Source: an uncultured archaeon
Lineage (GTDB): Archaea; Iainarchaeota; Iainarchaeia; Iainarchaeales; CSSED10-239
Reading direction: 5' to 3'
DNA length: 32,000 nucleotides
Assembly (NCBI GenBank): GCA_964591795.1
Contig: CAZQEL010000006.1
Span: 1-32,000 of the forward strand
Shown here: one piece after another, positions 7,279 to 16,227 of the stretch
How the letters are laid out: each line of letters opens with the position of its first letter
How positions within the stretch are numbered: position 1 is the first letter of the stretch
Notes under the pieces: generated by a model
The model's input: only the letters and a program-made list of their open reading frames with translations
What the model was told of the DNA's origin: nothing
The model's database searches: none
Translations under genes and position numbers: made by a program

Positions 7279-8649
7279 ATGACTTCAATTGGATTTGATA
7301 AATCAAAGCTTTCTGTTTTTAAACAAACAAGAAAAGAACTTATAAAAGAAATTAAACCTAGTAGTGCTCAGATTATCAAAGAAAAGAATTTTATAGATAA
7401 TATTACTAAGAAAATAGAAAAAATGCCTGGAAGTCATTTATATGCAGTTGTTGCAGGGTCTTTTGGAAAAGGAACTCAATTAAAGGATAAAAAAGATTTT
7501 GATGTGTTTGTAATTTATCCACCTTCATTAGAAAAAGATAAATTTGTAGAAGAAGGTCTTAGTTTAGGTCAAAAGGTGTTTAAAGGTAATTTTTGGGAAA
7601 AAGCTTATTCTCAACATCCTTACATAAGAGGGATAATAAATGGGCATAAGGTTGAAATTGTTCCAGCTTATAAAATTGAACCAAATGAACCAATTATTTC
7701 TGCAGTTGATAGAACTGTTTTACATTTAATGTTTGTGCTTAAAAACATGTCTGAAATTCAAAAAGATGAAACTCGTCTTTTAAAATATTTTATGCAGTAT
7801 GTTGGTTGTTATGGAGCTGATACATCTGTATCTGGTTTTTCTGGATATTTATGTGAATTATTAATTTTATTTTATGGCGATTTTGAAACCGTTATTGAAA
7901 AAGCAGCAAACTGGGAAGGTGCTATTAAGTTTACTTTACTTAAAGAACAACATGTTAATTTAGCTAGATTTTCAGATTCATTAGTAGCAATTGATCCTAT
8001 TGATGATAATAGAAATGTTGCTTCAGCCGTAAGTTTAAAACAAATGAGTTTATTTATTTCAGCATCTCGTTCTTTTTTAGAAAATCCGTCAATGGATTTT
8101 TTTAGGCCTAAAAATAATAGACAAGTTACCTATCATCAATTGATTGGAAAATTAGATAATTTTTCTATGGCAATAATTAGATTTGATGTTAGAGATTTAC
8201 TTAAAGAAATTGTTTGGTCTAAAGTTAAAAGTAGTACTAAAAAATTAATTGCACATTTAGAATTTTCAGACTTTGATGTATTAAAATATGATGTGTATCA
8301 TAAAGAGGGTCAAGACAAATGTTATTTATTAATTTTATTAGATACTTTAGAGCTTCCTAAATTTAAAAAAATAATTGGACCATTAGTTTCAGATTATAAA
8401 AGTTCTCAAAACTATCTTTCAAACAATAGATCAGTTTTAGGGCCATATATTAAGGATGATCGTTGGTATGTTATTCGTAAAAGATATAAAACTTTAGCAA
8501 AATCAATTATTCAAGAGTTTTCTATAAGTTTTGATTTAAAATCAAATGTATATGTATCAAATGAAATTAATGATTTATTTTTAGAAGATGATGAATTGGC
8601 AATTTGTTTGTCTGATTTTTTTGTTTCAAAGGAAAAATTTTTAATATGA
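7279..8649 (+). CDS. cca: CCA-adding enzyme (archaeal class I tRNA nucleotidyltransferase)
   Basis: GSFGKGTQLKDKKDFDVFV nucleotidyltransferase signature, followed by HPYIRG...VEIVPAY and DRTVLH. The 456-aa size is typical. Confidence 0.9.
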   Translation: MTSIGFDKSKLSVFKQTRKELIKEIKPSSAQIIKEKNFIDNITKKIEKMPGSHLYAVVAGSFGKGTQLKDKKDFDVFVIYPPSLEKDKFVEEGLSLGQKVFKGNFWEKAYSQHPYIRGIINGHKVEIVPAYKIEPNEPIISAVDRTVLHLMFVLKNMSEIQKDETRLLKYFMQYVGCYGADTSVSGFSGYLCELLILFYGDFETVIEKAANWEGAIKFTLLKEQHVNLARFSDSLVAIDPIDDNRNVASAVSLKQMSLFISASRSFLENPSMDFFRPKNNRQVTYHQLIGKLDNFSMAIIRFDVRDLLKEIVWSKVKSSTKKLIAHLEFSDFDVLKYDVYHKEGQDKCYLLILLDTLELPKFKKIIGPLVSDYKSSQNYLSNNRSVLGPYIKDDRWYVIRKRYKTLAKSIIQEFSISFDLKSNVYVSNEINDLFLEDDELAICLSDFFVSKEKFLI

Positions 8650-9308
8650 CATCCAGAACTCCAAATGTAGATATAGCAAATAAATATAAAGAAATTATTA
8701 CTAAATTTAAATTACCTAAAGGATATTCTATTTCATTTCCTGATAAACATGTTTTTCCTGATGGATATGTAACTTCTAAAAGAAGCTTTACACCTATTAT
8801 TGCATTAAATTTTAATGAAGAAAGAATTGCTTTACTTAAGTTTAGTGTTGTTAAAAAGAAAACACATTTAAGTTATGTTCAAGGGGTTAAAAATAAATTA
8901 AAAGTGCATCCTGAATGGATTGATTTTTTACTTGAACCTTTTATTTTTACTGGCATTGTTATTTATGGTTCTGCTTCTAAATTTAAAGATAATTTTTTAT
9001 TTACAGGTTTTAATGAGTCTAAAAAATCTTTAAATAATACAATTGCTTTGTATGAATGTAATATTAAATATATTAAAGATAAAAATAAAAAAATTAATCT
9101 TGAACGTAATTTAGAAATAAGTAAAGCCAAAGTTTCCTTATATTCTAAAATTAGAGATAAATATTTTGATAAAAATGGTGCTCTTAATCTTTCTAAAGAA
9201 AGAATTAAACATTTAGATACTATTTATTCTCAAGTAAAAACTAAGCCTAATTTTACAATTTATAAAGAACATAGAAAAAGACCACTTATTAAACATTTTA
9301 GAAAATAG
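8646..9308 (+). CDS. Hypothetical basic protein, translationally coupled to cca (ATGA overlap)
   Basis: 4-nt overlap with the cca stop. No recognisable motif. Confidence 0.5.
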   Translation: MTSRTPNVDIANKYKEIITKFKLPKGYSISFPDKHVFPDGYVTSKRSFTPIIALNFNEERIALLKFSVVKKKTHLSYVQGVKNKLKVHPEWIDFLLEPFIFTGIVIYGSASKFKDNFLFTGFNESKKSLNNTIALYECNIKYIKDKNKKINLERNLEISKAKVSLYSKIRDKYFDKNGALNLSKERIKHLDTIYSQVKTKPNFTIYKEHRKRPLIKHFRK

Positions 9309-9469
9309 TTTTTTATTATGTATTCTTTAACTAATTAATAGTAATTTAGATTTTTTTAACTTTTTAAAGAGTGGTTTGTTAATTGGTACGTTATTATAAG
9401 TTTTAATGTACTTTTTAATACATTTAATTGGAGTATATATATATATTCTTGCTAAGTGTAATATATAAT

Positions 9470-9655
9470 GGATTTGAGACCTTTAGAAAAATCCTAATAA
9501 AATGGTTGTCAGGTGAGTTTTTTCATCTAGGAGGTGGTGTTTGAAAGTATGACGATAACTAACAAAAACGATAGTTAGGGAAGTAAACTTTAACCAGGTT
9601 TGAATGGAAAACTAAGGCAATATGTGACTTCCCTATCTTCAATAAATCTTTTTTT
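9470..9655 (+). ncRNA. Candidate structured small RNA of unknown class
   Basis: Non-coding in all frames and locally GC-enriched. TATA-like run (tatatatatatatt, 9435-9448) lies about 25 nt upstream. Stems: GGATTT/AAATCC (9470-9495) and TAGGGAAGT/ACTTCCCTA (9576-9584 with 9627-9635). It ends in a T7 run at 9649-9655. An internal T6 at 9518-9523 could split it into two transcripts. Confidence 0.35.
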
Positions 9656-9754
9656 AATATTTTTTAATGTTTGTTTATTTTCTCTATTTTCTATAAGCTT
9701 TATATATCTTTTCTATATATAGTATATAGTAATGTAAAATTTGTCATCTAAATA

Positions 9755-9836
9755 GCAGAGGTGGCGGAGTGGTCAAACGCGCCAGCCTTGAGAGCTGGAG
9801 CCTCGTGCTACATGGGTTCGAATCCCATCCTCTGCG
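9755..9836 (+). tRNA. tRNA-Ser (anticodon UGA), class II with long variable arm
   Basis: Acceptor GCAGAGG/CCTCTGC. Anticodon stem CCAGC/GCTGG with loop CT-TGA-GA. Variable arm AGCCTCGTGCTAC. T arm ATGGG-TTCGAAT-CCCAT. Discriminator G. No encoded CCA. Followed by a T7 run. Confidence 0.93.
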
Positions 9837-9866
9837 CTTTTTTTAATTAATTTAAATTGTGATTTT

Positions 9867-10199
9867 ATGATTAAGGAAAATATTACTTATAATGAATTTA
9901 TGAAATTAGATATTAGAATTGGAACTATTGTAGAAGCAAAAGTAGTTGAAGGTTCTGATAAATTATTAAAATTAATATTAGATTTTGGAGAATTTAAAAA
10001 GCAAATAATAGCAGGTATAAAAACAAAATATCAACCATCAGATGTAATTGATAAACAAATTCCTGTGATTATAAACTTAGAACCAAGAAGACTTATGGGT
10101 TTTTTAAGTGAAGGTATGATATTAGGGGTTGGAGATAAAACTCTTGATGCTTTATTAATTCCTTCTGAATCTGTGGTAGATGGTAGCTTAGTTCACTAA
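9867..10199 (+). CDS. tRNA-binding domain protein (Trbp111/CsaA/EMAPII-like OB fold)
   Basis: FMKLDIRIGTIVEAKVVEGSDKLLKLILDFGE...QIIAGIK...NLEPRRLMGFLSEGMIL is the characteristic tRNA-binding domain pattern. Confidence 0.85.
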   Translation: MIKENITYNEFMKLDIRIGTIVEAKVVEGSDKLLKLILDFGEFKKQIIAGIKTKYQPSDVIDKQIPVIINLEPRRLMGFLSEGMILGVGDKTLDALLIPSESVVDGSLVH

Positions 10200-10224
10200 T
10201 TTTTTTAATTATATAGTTTATTAT

Positions 10225-10306
10225 GCAGAGGTGGCGGAGTGGTCAAACGCGCAAGCCTGGAAAGCTTGAGCCTCGTGCTACGCGAGTTCGAATCTCGTCC
10301 TCTGCG
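10225..10306 (+). tRNA. tRNA-Ser (anticodon GGA), class II
   Basis: Same acceptor, D arm and variable arm as the 9755 gene. Anticodon stem CAAGC/GCTTG with loop CT-GGA-AA. T arm GCGAG-TTCGAAT-CTCGT. Differences from the paralog are compensatory in the stems. Confidence 0.93.
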
Positions 10307-10320
10307 CTTATTTTTAATTA

Positions 10321-10830
10321 TTATAATTTTCCAAGTTTTGATGGTCTTTTAAACACCATTGATTTGTGTGCTGAAAATCTAGTTAAGTTCATAACTAAAT
10401 CCGCAGTTAATTTTGCAAAGATTGCTGGAAATTTAGCAAATTCAACAAGTCCAATCACCATTATGAAAATAAAAATTACTGTTGAAAAATTAATTATGTA
10501 ATATCTTGTGAAAGAAAATAAGTTTTTTTTAGAAAAAGTTTTACTTTCATCTTTAAATACAAATTTTTTATGTAAATTGTAGTTTACAAATGTTTTTATA
10601 AAATCAGAGAAGAAGGTTACTATAATATAATATAAATTTAGTGTATTTACAAAAGTATATATTAAGCCAACATCAACAAGGGTACCTATAAGACCTAATA
10701 CAGCATATTTAAAAAAACGTTTAATTCTATAAATTATAGAAAATGAAATAAACCAATAATATATTCTATAAATATAATGGTGTTTTTTTAATGTCACAAG
10801 AGAATGTGTAAAATCAGTTTTCGGTATCAT
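10321..10830 (-). CDS. GtrA-family membrane protein
   Basis: FFKYAVLGLIGTLVDVGLIY..., NYNLHKKFVFK and ...NLTRFSAHKSMVFK form the four-TM GtrA-like repeats. Confidence 0.7.
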   Translation of the reverse strand: MIPKTDFTHSLVTLKKHHYIYRIYYWFISFSIIYRIKRFFKYAVLGLIGTLVDVGLIYTFVNTLNLYYIIVTFFSDFIKTFVNYNLHKKFVFKDESKTFSKKNLFSFTRYYIINFSTVIFIFIMVIGLVEFAKFPAIFAKLTADLVMNLTRFSAHKSMVFKRPSKLGKL

Positions 10831-10976
10831 ATTAATTTGTTTGTTGTTTATAATGTATATAATATGTAATTTATTATATATATTTATTGTTTTTCACTTA
10901 TACTTTAAAAAGAATAACTATTTATATCTTTTACAATATATAATATATTGTTTTTAAATATAAAATAAGAATATTT

Positions 10977-13856
10977 ATGTCTGTTGAAAAATATAAACTT
11001 GAAAAAGAAAAAGATTTCTTTAAGGAAATGGAAAATACAAGAATAGTTGTAAATGAAAATACTATTACTGATATTGAAAAAAAATTAAAAGAATCTAAAG
11101 AGCCTTCTATTAAAGAAGATGAATCTATATTAGAAGATGATACTTTAAATGAAGAAAAAGTTGTAACTAATAATAATTTAAATATAGACAAATCTACTGA
11201 AAATAATAATAATGACGAGAATAATAATAATGACAAAAATGATAATGATGATATTGTTTCATCTGTTGTAGAAGATGTAGATTCAATAGATTATAATCTA
11301 GATGTTATTAAAGAACAAGATATTAAAGAAAAACAAGATGTTACAAAAGAAATAAAAGAAACAATAGATAATTATAAAAAAAAAGAAATAAAAAAAGAAA
11401 TTGTTTCAGATAATATTAAACCTCAACTTAAATTTTTAGAAGATTTTGAAGATCCAAGTTGTGTATACTTAGGGCGTAAAAAATCAGTTTTGAAACAATA
11501 TGGTAAAATAGCTACAGCATACATTGGTAAGGTTGCTGAGAATCAACAAGAGGGTAAAAAAGTACACATTGATGGGCTAAATCCTCACGTAATCTTCTTG
11601 GATGGTGCAAGAGGAACTGGTAAGAGTTACCTTTTAGGTGTGATTGCTGAAGAGCTTGCATTAACTAATCCTTATATTGGACAAATTGTAATAGATCCTG
11701 TTGGTGTTTTTTGGTCAATGAAGTTTCCAAATAGAGATACTAAAGAATTAAAAATTTTAGAAGAATGGGGTCTTAAACCACAAGGACTTAAAAATATTAA
11801 AGTTTTTGTTCCAGAAGGAATTAAATCTCAAGTTTCAAAAGATACCTATGATGATACATTTTCAATGTACCCATCTTTGTTAACTCCAGAAGACTGGTGT
11901 TTAACATATGGTATTGAAAGATTTTCTCCATCAGGTCTTCTTTTAGAAAAAACACTTGCGTCTGTAAAGAAAGGTTATATTACTGGCGGTACAAAAGATG
12001 TACCTGATGTTAAAAAAATATCAGCAAAAGGAAATCATTATAGTTTAGAAAATATAATAGATTGTTTACAAAATAATTCTGAATTTCAATCAGCTCAAAA
12101 AGGATATAAACCAGATTCAATAAGAGCATTGGTTTCAAGATTTGAAGCTGCAAGATCCTGGGGTATTTTTTCAAATTCAGGAACACCTCTTTCAAAATTA
12201 TCACGAGAAAACCAATTAACTGTTCTTGATACTTCTTTTTTAGATGAAAATATTACAGCATTAGTAATTGGTATTTTAGCTAGAAGAATTTTATCTGCAA
12301 GAAAACTTTTAGCACGTCAAGAAGCTGTTAAAAAATATGAGGATTCTGAACAAAAAGCAGAAGAACTTTTAGAAATTGAAATTCCACCTACATGGATGTA
12401 TATTGATGAAGCACACACCTTAATTCCATCTGGTAATTCTCAAACACCAGCAACTGCTGGAATTATTGAATATGTAAAACAAGGAAGAAGACCTGGTTGT
12501 TCATTAGTATTTGCAACACAACAACCTTCAGCAATTAACACTAAGGTATTGTCTCAAGTAGATATATTAATTTCGAATAAATTAGTTTTTAATGATGATA
12601 TTTCAGCTATTCAGAAAAGAATGCCTACAATTATTCCTAAACAATATAAGGAACCAAATTTTATAAAAACATTACCTTTTGCAACTGCACTTGTTGGTGA
12701 CAGGTCAGAAGAAACTTCAAGAGCATTTATTTTAAGAGCAGTTCCACGTAAATCTCAACATGAAGGTCGTGATGCTGAAACAATCAGAGAAATTCCTAAG
12801 AAGACTAAATCTGAAGTGCTTAAAATTGTAGGAAATTTAATTTATAAAAAACTTGAAGAAACAAAGGAAATAAAAGTAAGTTTTGCAAAAGATATTTTAG
12901 ATATTGTAAATATTAAATATAGATCTGATGCTTATTGGGATGAAGTTTTAGAAAAGCTTTTTGAAAAGAAAGTAGTTTTAGAAAAAGAATTACTTTTTTT
13001 AAACACTACATTTATGGATGAAAAACCTGTTGAAAAAACAGTTTTAATTGATGAAAATAAATTGAATGAATCTGATGAAGTTTTAGAAATGTCTGAAACT
13101 TTAGATGATAATAAACTGGTTTTTCAAAAAGTTAAAACTAGAACTACAATTGTTGAAAGAATAAGTAAAAGTACAATTGAAGAAATGGCAAAATCAAAAA
13201 TAAGTAGTATATTTTCAATTTTCAAGCCAAAGGAAACAATTCAAACTATTGTTTTATGGTATCGTGGTGTATATAAGTTAAATTATAATTTATATGATGA
13301 TGATGAAAATTATAAAAAAATGAACTGTTATGTTGATTCAGTTACTGGTGAGTTAATTCATTTTAAAAATGGAGAATTTAAAATTTCAAAAGGATTAAGT
13401 GTTTTAGAATATATAGATTCTGATGATGTTGAATTATTATATCTTTTAAAAAAGCAACACACTTTATTTTCATTAAATCAAGAAACAAACATTTTAGAAA
13501 AAGACTTAATTCCAAAAATAGATGTTTTTAAAGAATATAAATTAATAAACATTAAAGAAAATAATAATAGAGAAATATATAAGTTGTCTGAAAATTTTGA
13601 TGTTCCATTTGATGCCTCTCTATCTATTTTAAGTTCTTTAGAGGTTTTACCTTTAAAAAAGCAAGATGTTGAATTTTTAGAAGGAATTAATTATTCTTTA
13701 TTAAAAATACAAGATTTATTAAATAAATTATGGGGAGAAATTGAGTTTGTGTTAACTGAAGAAATATTTTGGCCTATTTGGCATATTACTTATGTTGATT
13801 CTAAAAATAACTCTAGACTTCTAAGGATTGATGCAATTACAGGAAAAGAAATGTAA
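10977..13856 (+). CDS. HerA/DUF87-like P-loop ATPase with acidic low-complexity N-terminus and long C-terminal extension
   Basis: Walker A: FLDGARGTGKSYLLG. IDPVGVFW. Walker B: WMYIDEAHTLIP. GRRPGCSLVFATQQPSAINTKVLSQVDILISNKL matches the HerA/FtsK-class core. The N-terminal ~150 aa are E/K/N/D-rich. Confidence 0.7.
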   Translation: MSVEKYKLEKEKDFFKEMENTRIVVNENTITDIEKKLKESKEPSIKEDESILEDDTLNEEKVVTNNNLNIDKSTENNNNDENNNNDKNDNDDIVSSVVEDVDSIDYNLDVIKEQDIKEKQDVTKEIKETIDNYKKKEIKKEIVSDNIKPQLKFLEDFEDPSCVYLGRKKSVLKQYGKIATAYIGKVAENQQEGKKVHIDGLNPHVIFLDGARGTGKSYLLGVIAEELALTNPYIGQIVIDPVGVFWSMKFPNRDTKELKILEEWGLKPQGLKNIKVFVPEGIKSQVSKDTYDDTFSMYPSLLTPEDWCLTYGIERFSPSGLLLEKTLASVKKGYITGGTKDVPDVKKISAKGNHYSLENIIDCLQNNSEFQSAQKGYKPDSIRALVSRFEAARSWGIFSNSGTPLSKLSRENQLTVLDTSFLDENITALVIGILARRILSARKLLARQEAVKKYEDSEQKAEELLEIEIPPTWMYIDEAHTLIPSGNSQTPATAGIIEYVKQGRRPGCSLVFATQQPSAINTKVLSQVDILISNKLVFNDDISAIQKRMPTIIPKQYKEPNFIKTLPFATALVGDRSEETSRAFILRAVPRKSQHEGRDAETIREIPKKTKSEVLKIVGNLIYKKLEETKEIKVSFAKDILDIVNIKYRSDAYWDEVLEKLFEKKVVLEKELLFLNTTFMDEKPVEKTVLIDENKLNESDEVLEMSETLDDNKLVFQKVKTRTTIVERISKSTIEEMAKSKISSIFSIFKPKETIQTIVLWYRGVYKLNYNLYDDDENYKKMNCYVDSVTGELIHFKNGEFKISKGLSVLEYIDSDDVELLYLLKKQHTLFSLNQETNILEKDLIPKIDVFKEYKLINIKENNNREIYKLSENFDVPFDASLSILSSLEVLPLKKQDVEFLEGINYSLLKIQDLLNKLWGEIEFVLTEEIFWPIWHITYVDSKNNSRLLRIDAITGKEM

Positions 13857-13891
13857 TTGTAAATATTAATTAAATAATAAGTTGATAAACT

Positions 13892-14191
13892 ATGACTATT
13901 ACAGAGAAAGATTTTATACAAGATACTTGTAAAGCAACCCCTGGGTTTGAATATTATCCTAAAAAATTCACTGAAATTAATGTTTCTAATCTTTTAGATT
14001 TATTATATAAAAATGAGTTTTATATTTCTAAAGATAATTCTCCATTTTATATTCATGTTAAAAAAAAGGATCTTGAAGCAACAATTTTTTCCTCATTAAA
14101 AATAATTATTAAAAATATTACTGAGGAAGATGTTGCTACTAAATCATTTAACACTATTTTAAAGTTTGCAAATAAGATTTTAGATGGTTAA
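13892..14191 (+). CDS. Hypothetical protein (99 aa)
   Basis: Clean ORF 35 nt downstream of the ATPase gene. No recognisable motif. Confidence 0.45.
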   Translation: MTITEKDFIQDTCKATPGFEYYPKKFTEINVSNLLDLLYKNEFYISKDNSPFYIHVKKKDLEATIFSSLKIIIKNITEEDVATKSFNTILKFANKILDG

Positions 14192-14193
14192 TT

Positions 14194-15198
14194 TTAACTA
14201 ATTTTTTTTAAAATTTTCACCATTCTATCATTTACTTCTTTTTTTTCTTTATTTTGAATATATTTTTTGTGTCTGTTTATTATTTCTTTTTTTGCAGCAG
14301 TAATTATTCGTGTTTCATTAATTATTGCTTTTTTAATTGTGTTTATTCCCATATCGGTTGGAGAAAAATAATTGTGCATATAATTTTGTTTTGATACTAT
14401 TTTATTTATTATTTTTTTTAAAATTTTAAAATTTTCAATGTCTCGATTATAATTAATTGAAATAACTCCATATTTTTTTAAGTGATACAGATCTATTTGA
14501 TTTATATCTCCAATATCGGCAGTTGCAGCTTCATAGGCTAGGTTAATAGGGTGGTTAAGTGGTAGATTAAAAACAGGAAATGTTTCTGATTTAAAATAAC
14601 CTGAATTAATATTTTTTTTAGAATCCAAATAAATTTGTGCAAGGCAAATACCCATTTTTCCTGAATTTGCAACAGGCCCAATAACTATATTTATTTTTTT
14701 ATTATTATTAATGTATGGTTGTTTAATGTATCCTTCTTTTCCAAGTATTTCATTAAGGTCATTTGGATAATTTTTAATTGGTTTTGAAAAATAAACTTTG
14801 ATTTTTTTCTTTGTAAGTTCTTTTTGAAATATTTTTCCAGAATTTTCATTTTTGTATCTTGTAATAACTACATCGATTTGTGGAAATTTTTTTTGTAATG
14901 TGGTTATTTCTTTTAAAACAAGTTCTTTAAATTTTTGATTGCTGTTATATTCTCTGCCATTTTCTAAATGTTTTGAAAAAATACAGTATATAACTCCAAC
15001 ATCTTTTTTTAATTTTTCTAAAATTTTAATTTTGGTATTTTTTTTATAATCAATTAATACTCTATTAGCATGATAATCATGTAAAAGATGACCTCCAAAC
15101 TCAAGGTAGGTTTTATCAAAGTGTTTTATTCTTTTTTTAATTTCCTTAACTTGTAAGTCAATATATTTATTTTCATCAAATGCAATTTTTTTTTTCAT
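14194..15198 (-). CDS. UPF0371/DUF1846 family protein, short form
   Basis: FDENKYIDLQ, YLEFGGHLLHDYHANRVL, SGYFKSETFPVFNLPLNHPINLAYEAATADIGDINQIDLYHL, NYNRDIENF and SPTDMGIN align with the N-terminal two-thirds of DUF1846 proteins. Confidence 0.65.
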   Translation of the reverse strand: MKKKIAFDENKYIDLQVKEIKKRIKHFDKTYLEFGGHLLHDYHANRVLIDYKKNTKIKILEKLKKDVGVIYCIFSKHLENGREYNSNQKFKELVLKEITTLQKKFPQIDVVITRYKNENSGKIFQKELTKKKIKVYFSKPIKNYPNDLNEILGKEGYIKQPYINNNKKINIVIGPVANSGKMGICLAQIYLDSKKNINSGYFKSETFPVFNLPLNHPINLAYEAATADIGDINQIDLYHLKKYGVISINYNRDIENFKILKKIINKIVSKQNYMHNYFSPTDMGINTIKKAIINETRIITAAKKEIINRHKKYIQNKEKKEVNDRMVKILKKIS

Positions 15199-15306
15199 AA
15201 GTTATATGTATACCCTTATATTTTAAAATAAATCTATTTTTTAATTATTTTACTTGTTTATTAAAATTAAATATATTTAAATACATTAACTATTTATAAT
15301 TATATA

Positions 15307-16224
15307 GTGATTAGTATGAATTATAGATTAGCTTTAATTATTTTATTAGTGTTATTAATGACTCCATTTATCTTTTCAGATATTTCTTTAACTATAGATG
15401 GTTCATTAAATAATTTTTATATTTCAAATAATTCTTCAAAAAATGTACCTATTAATCTTATTTCTGATTATTCTGGGTCATTTGGTAATAATTTAAGAGC
15501 AGAATATACTTTAGATTCTTTTTCTACTTTAAATAATTTAGAAGTTAGTTTATCTAAAAAAGAGGAATATTTTCTATCTAATGTAAACTCTCAAATTTCA
15601 TTAAATATAAGATCATATAGATTTAATGATCAAAAAATAAAATTAAAAATTAAAGCTTCATTATTTGATGTTTATAATAATCTTTTAGATTCTAGTTATA
15701 TTTATGTTGATTTAATTTCAAATAATTCTGAATATGATTTTTCAGGAAGTCCAAAAAATAAAGTTCCAGAATATAAGGGTTATTCTTTATCTAAAAAAAA
15801 ACTATTAATTTTAAATCAATTAGATAGTGATAAAATTACTATTACAAACCATATTGATAATAAAATTTCTTATGGTACAAAATGTTCTGTAGATAAAGAA
15901 GGATTAATTTTAAATTTAAGATATATAGGAAATAACCAATATTCTTTAAGGGTTAGTATTGATCAAAATAAGTTTGTTGATAAAGATATTTTTACAATTA
16001 ATTGTGTAGCTTATTATAGAGAAAATAATTTTACTATTAAACCAATTAATGTAATATATTTAAATCAAGATTTAAATTTACCTTTAGAAACTGTAATTAA
16101 GGAAGATGAATATTTAAATCAAGATTTAAATTTATCTTTAGAAACCGTAATTAAGAAAGATGAGATTAAAAATAGCGCTATTAAAGATTTTTTTAATAAA
16201 ATATTAATTAAACTAAAAAGTTAA
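15307..16224 (+). CDS. Hypothetical secreted/surface protein with signal-peptide-like N-terminus
   Basis: N-terminal hydrophobic stretch LALIILLVLLMTPFIFS. Asn/Ser-rich. Contains a tandem 18-aa duplication near the C-terminus. Confidence 0.55.
   Translation: MISMNYRLALIILLVLLMTPFIFSDISLTIDGSLNNFYISNNSSKNVPINLISDYSGSFGNNLRAEYTLDSFSTLNNLEVSLSKKEEYFLSNVNSQISLNIRSYRFNDQKIKLKIKASLFDVYNNLLDSSYIYVDLISNNSEYDFSGSPKNKVPEYKGYSLSKKKLLILNQLDSDKITITNHIDNKISYGTKCSVDKEGLILNLRYIGNNQYSLRVSIDQNKFVDKDIFTINCVAYYRENNFTIKPINVIYLNQDLNLPLETVIKEDEYLNQDLNLSLETVIKKDEIKNSAIKDFFNKILIKLKS
16057..16164 (+). repeat. Two tandem 54-bp in-frame repeats (YLNQDLNLPLETVIKEDE / YLNQDLNLSLETVIKKDE)
   Basis: 16057-16110 and 16111-16164 differ at only a few positions, read directly from the sequence. 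Confidence 0.9.
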
Positions 16225-16227
16225 ATT

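Noticed and set aside
9470-9655. Calling the candidate ncRNA an SRP RNA or RNase P RNA
   Set aside because: There is only a loose ACCAGG...GGAA...AAGGCA resemblance to SRP helix 8. It lacks the AGCA loop motif, is about half the expected archaeal SRP length, and has no GAGGAAAGTCC-type RNase P CR-I. It is left as unknown class.
10223-10501. 92-aa ORF in the track
   Set aside because: Its 5' end is the tRNA-Ser(GGA) gene, and the rest is antisense to the GtrA-family gene. It is spurious.
11150-11260. aat/gat-rich simple-sequence stretch as a microsatellite or CRISPR-like repeat
   Set aside because: It is an in-frame, imperfect, low-complexity N/D-coding region of the ATPase N-terminus. It has no regular repeat-spacer architecture.
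14189-14196. Convergent stop codons only 2 nt apart (also 16224/16228) as a special regulatory feature
   Set aside because: This is consistent with general genome compaction seen throughout the window. There is no additional structure to support a specific function.
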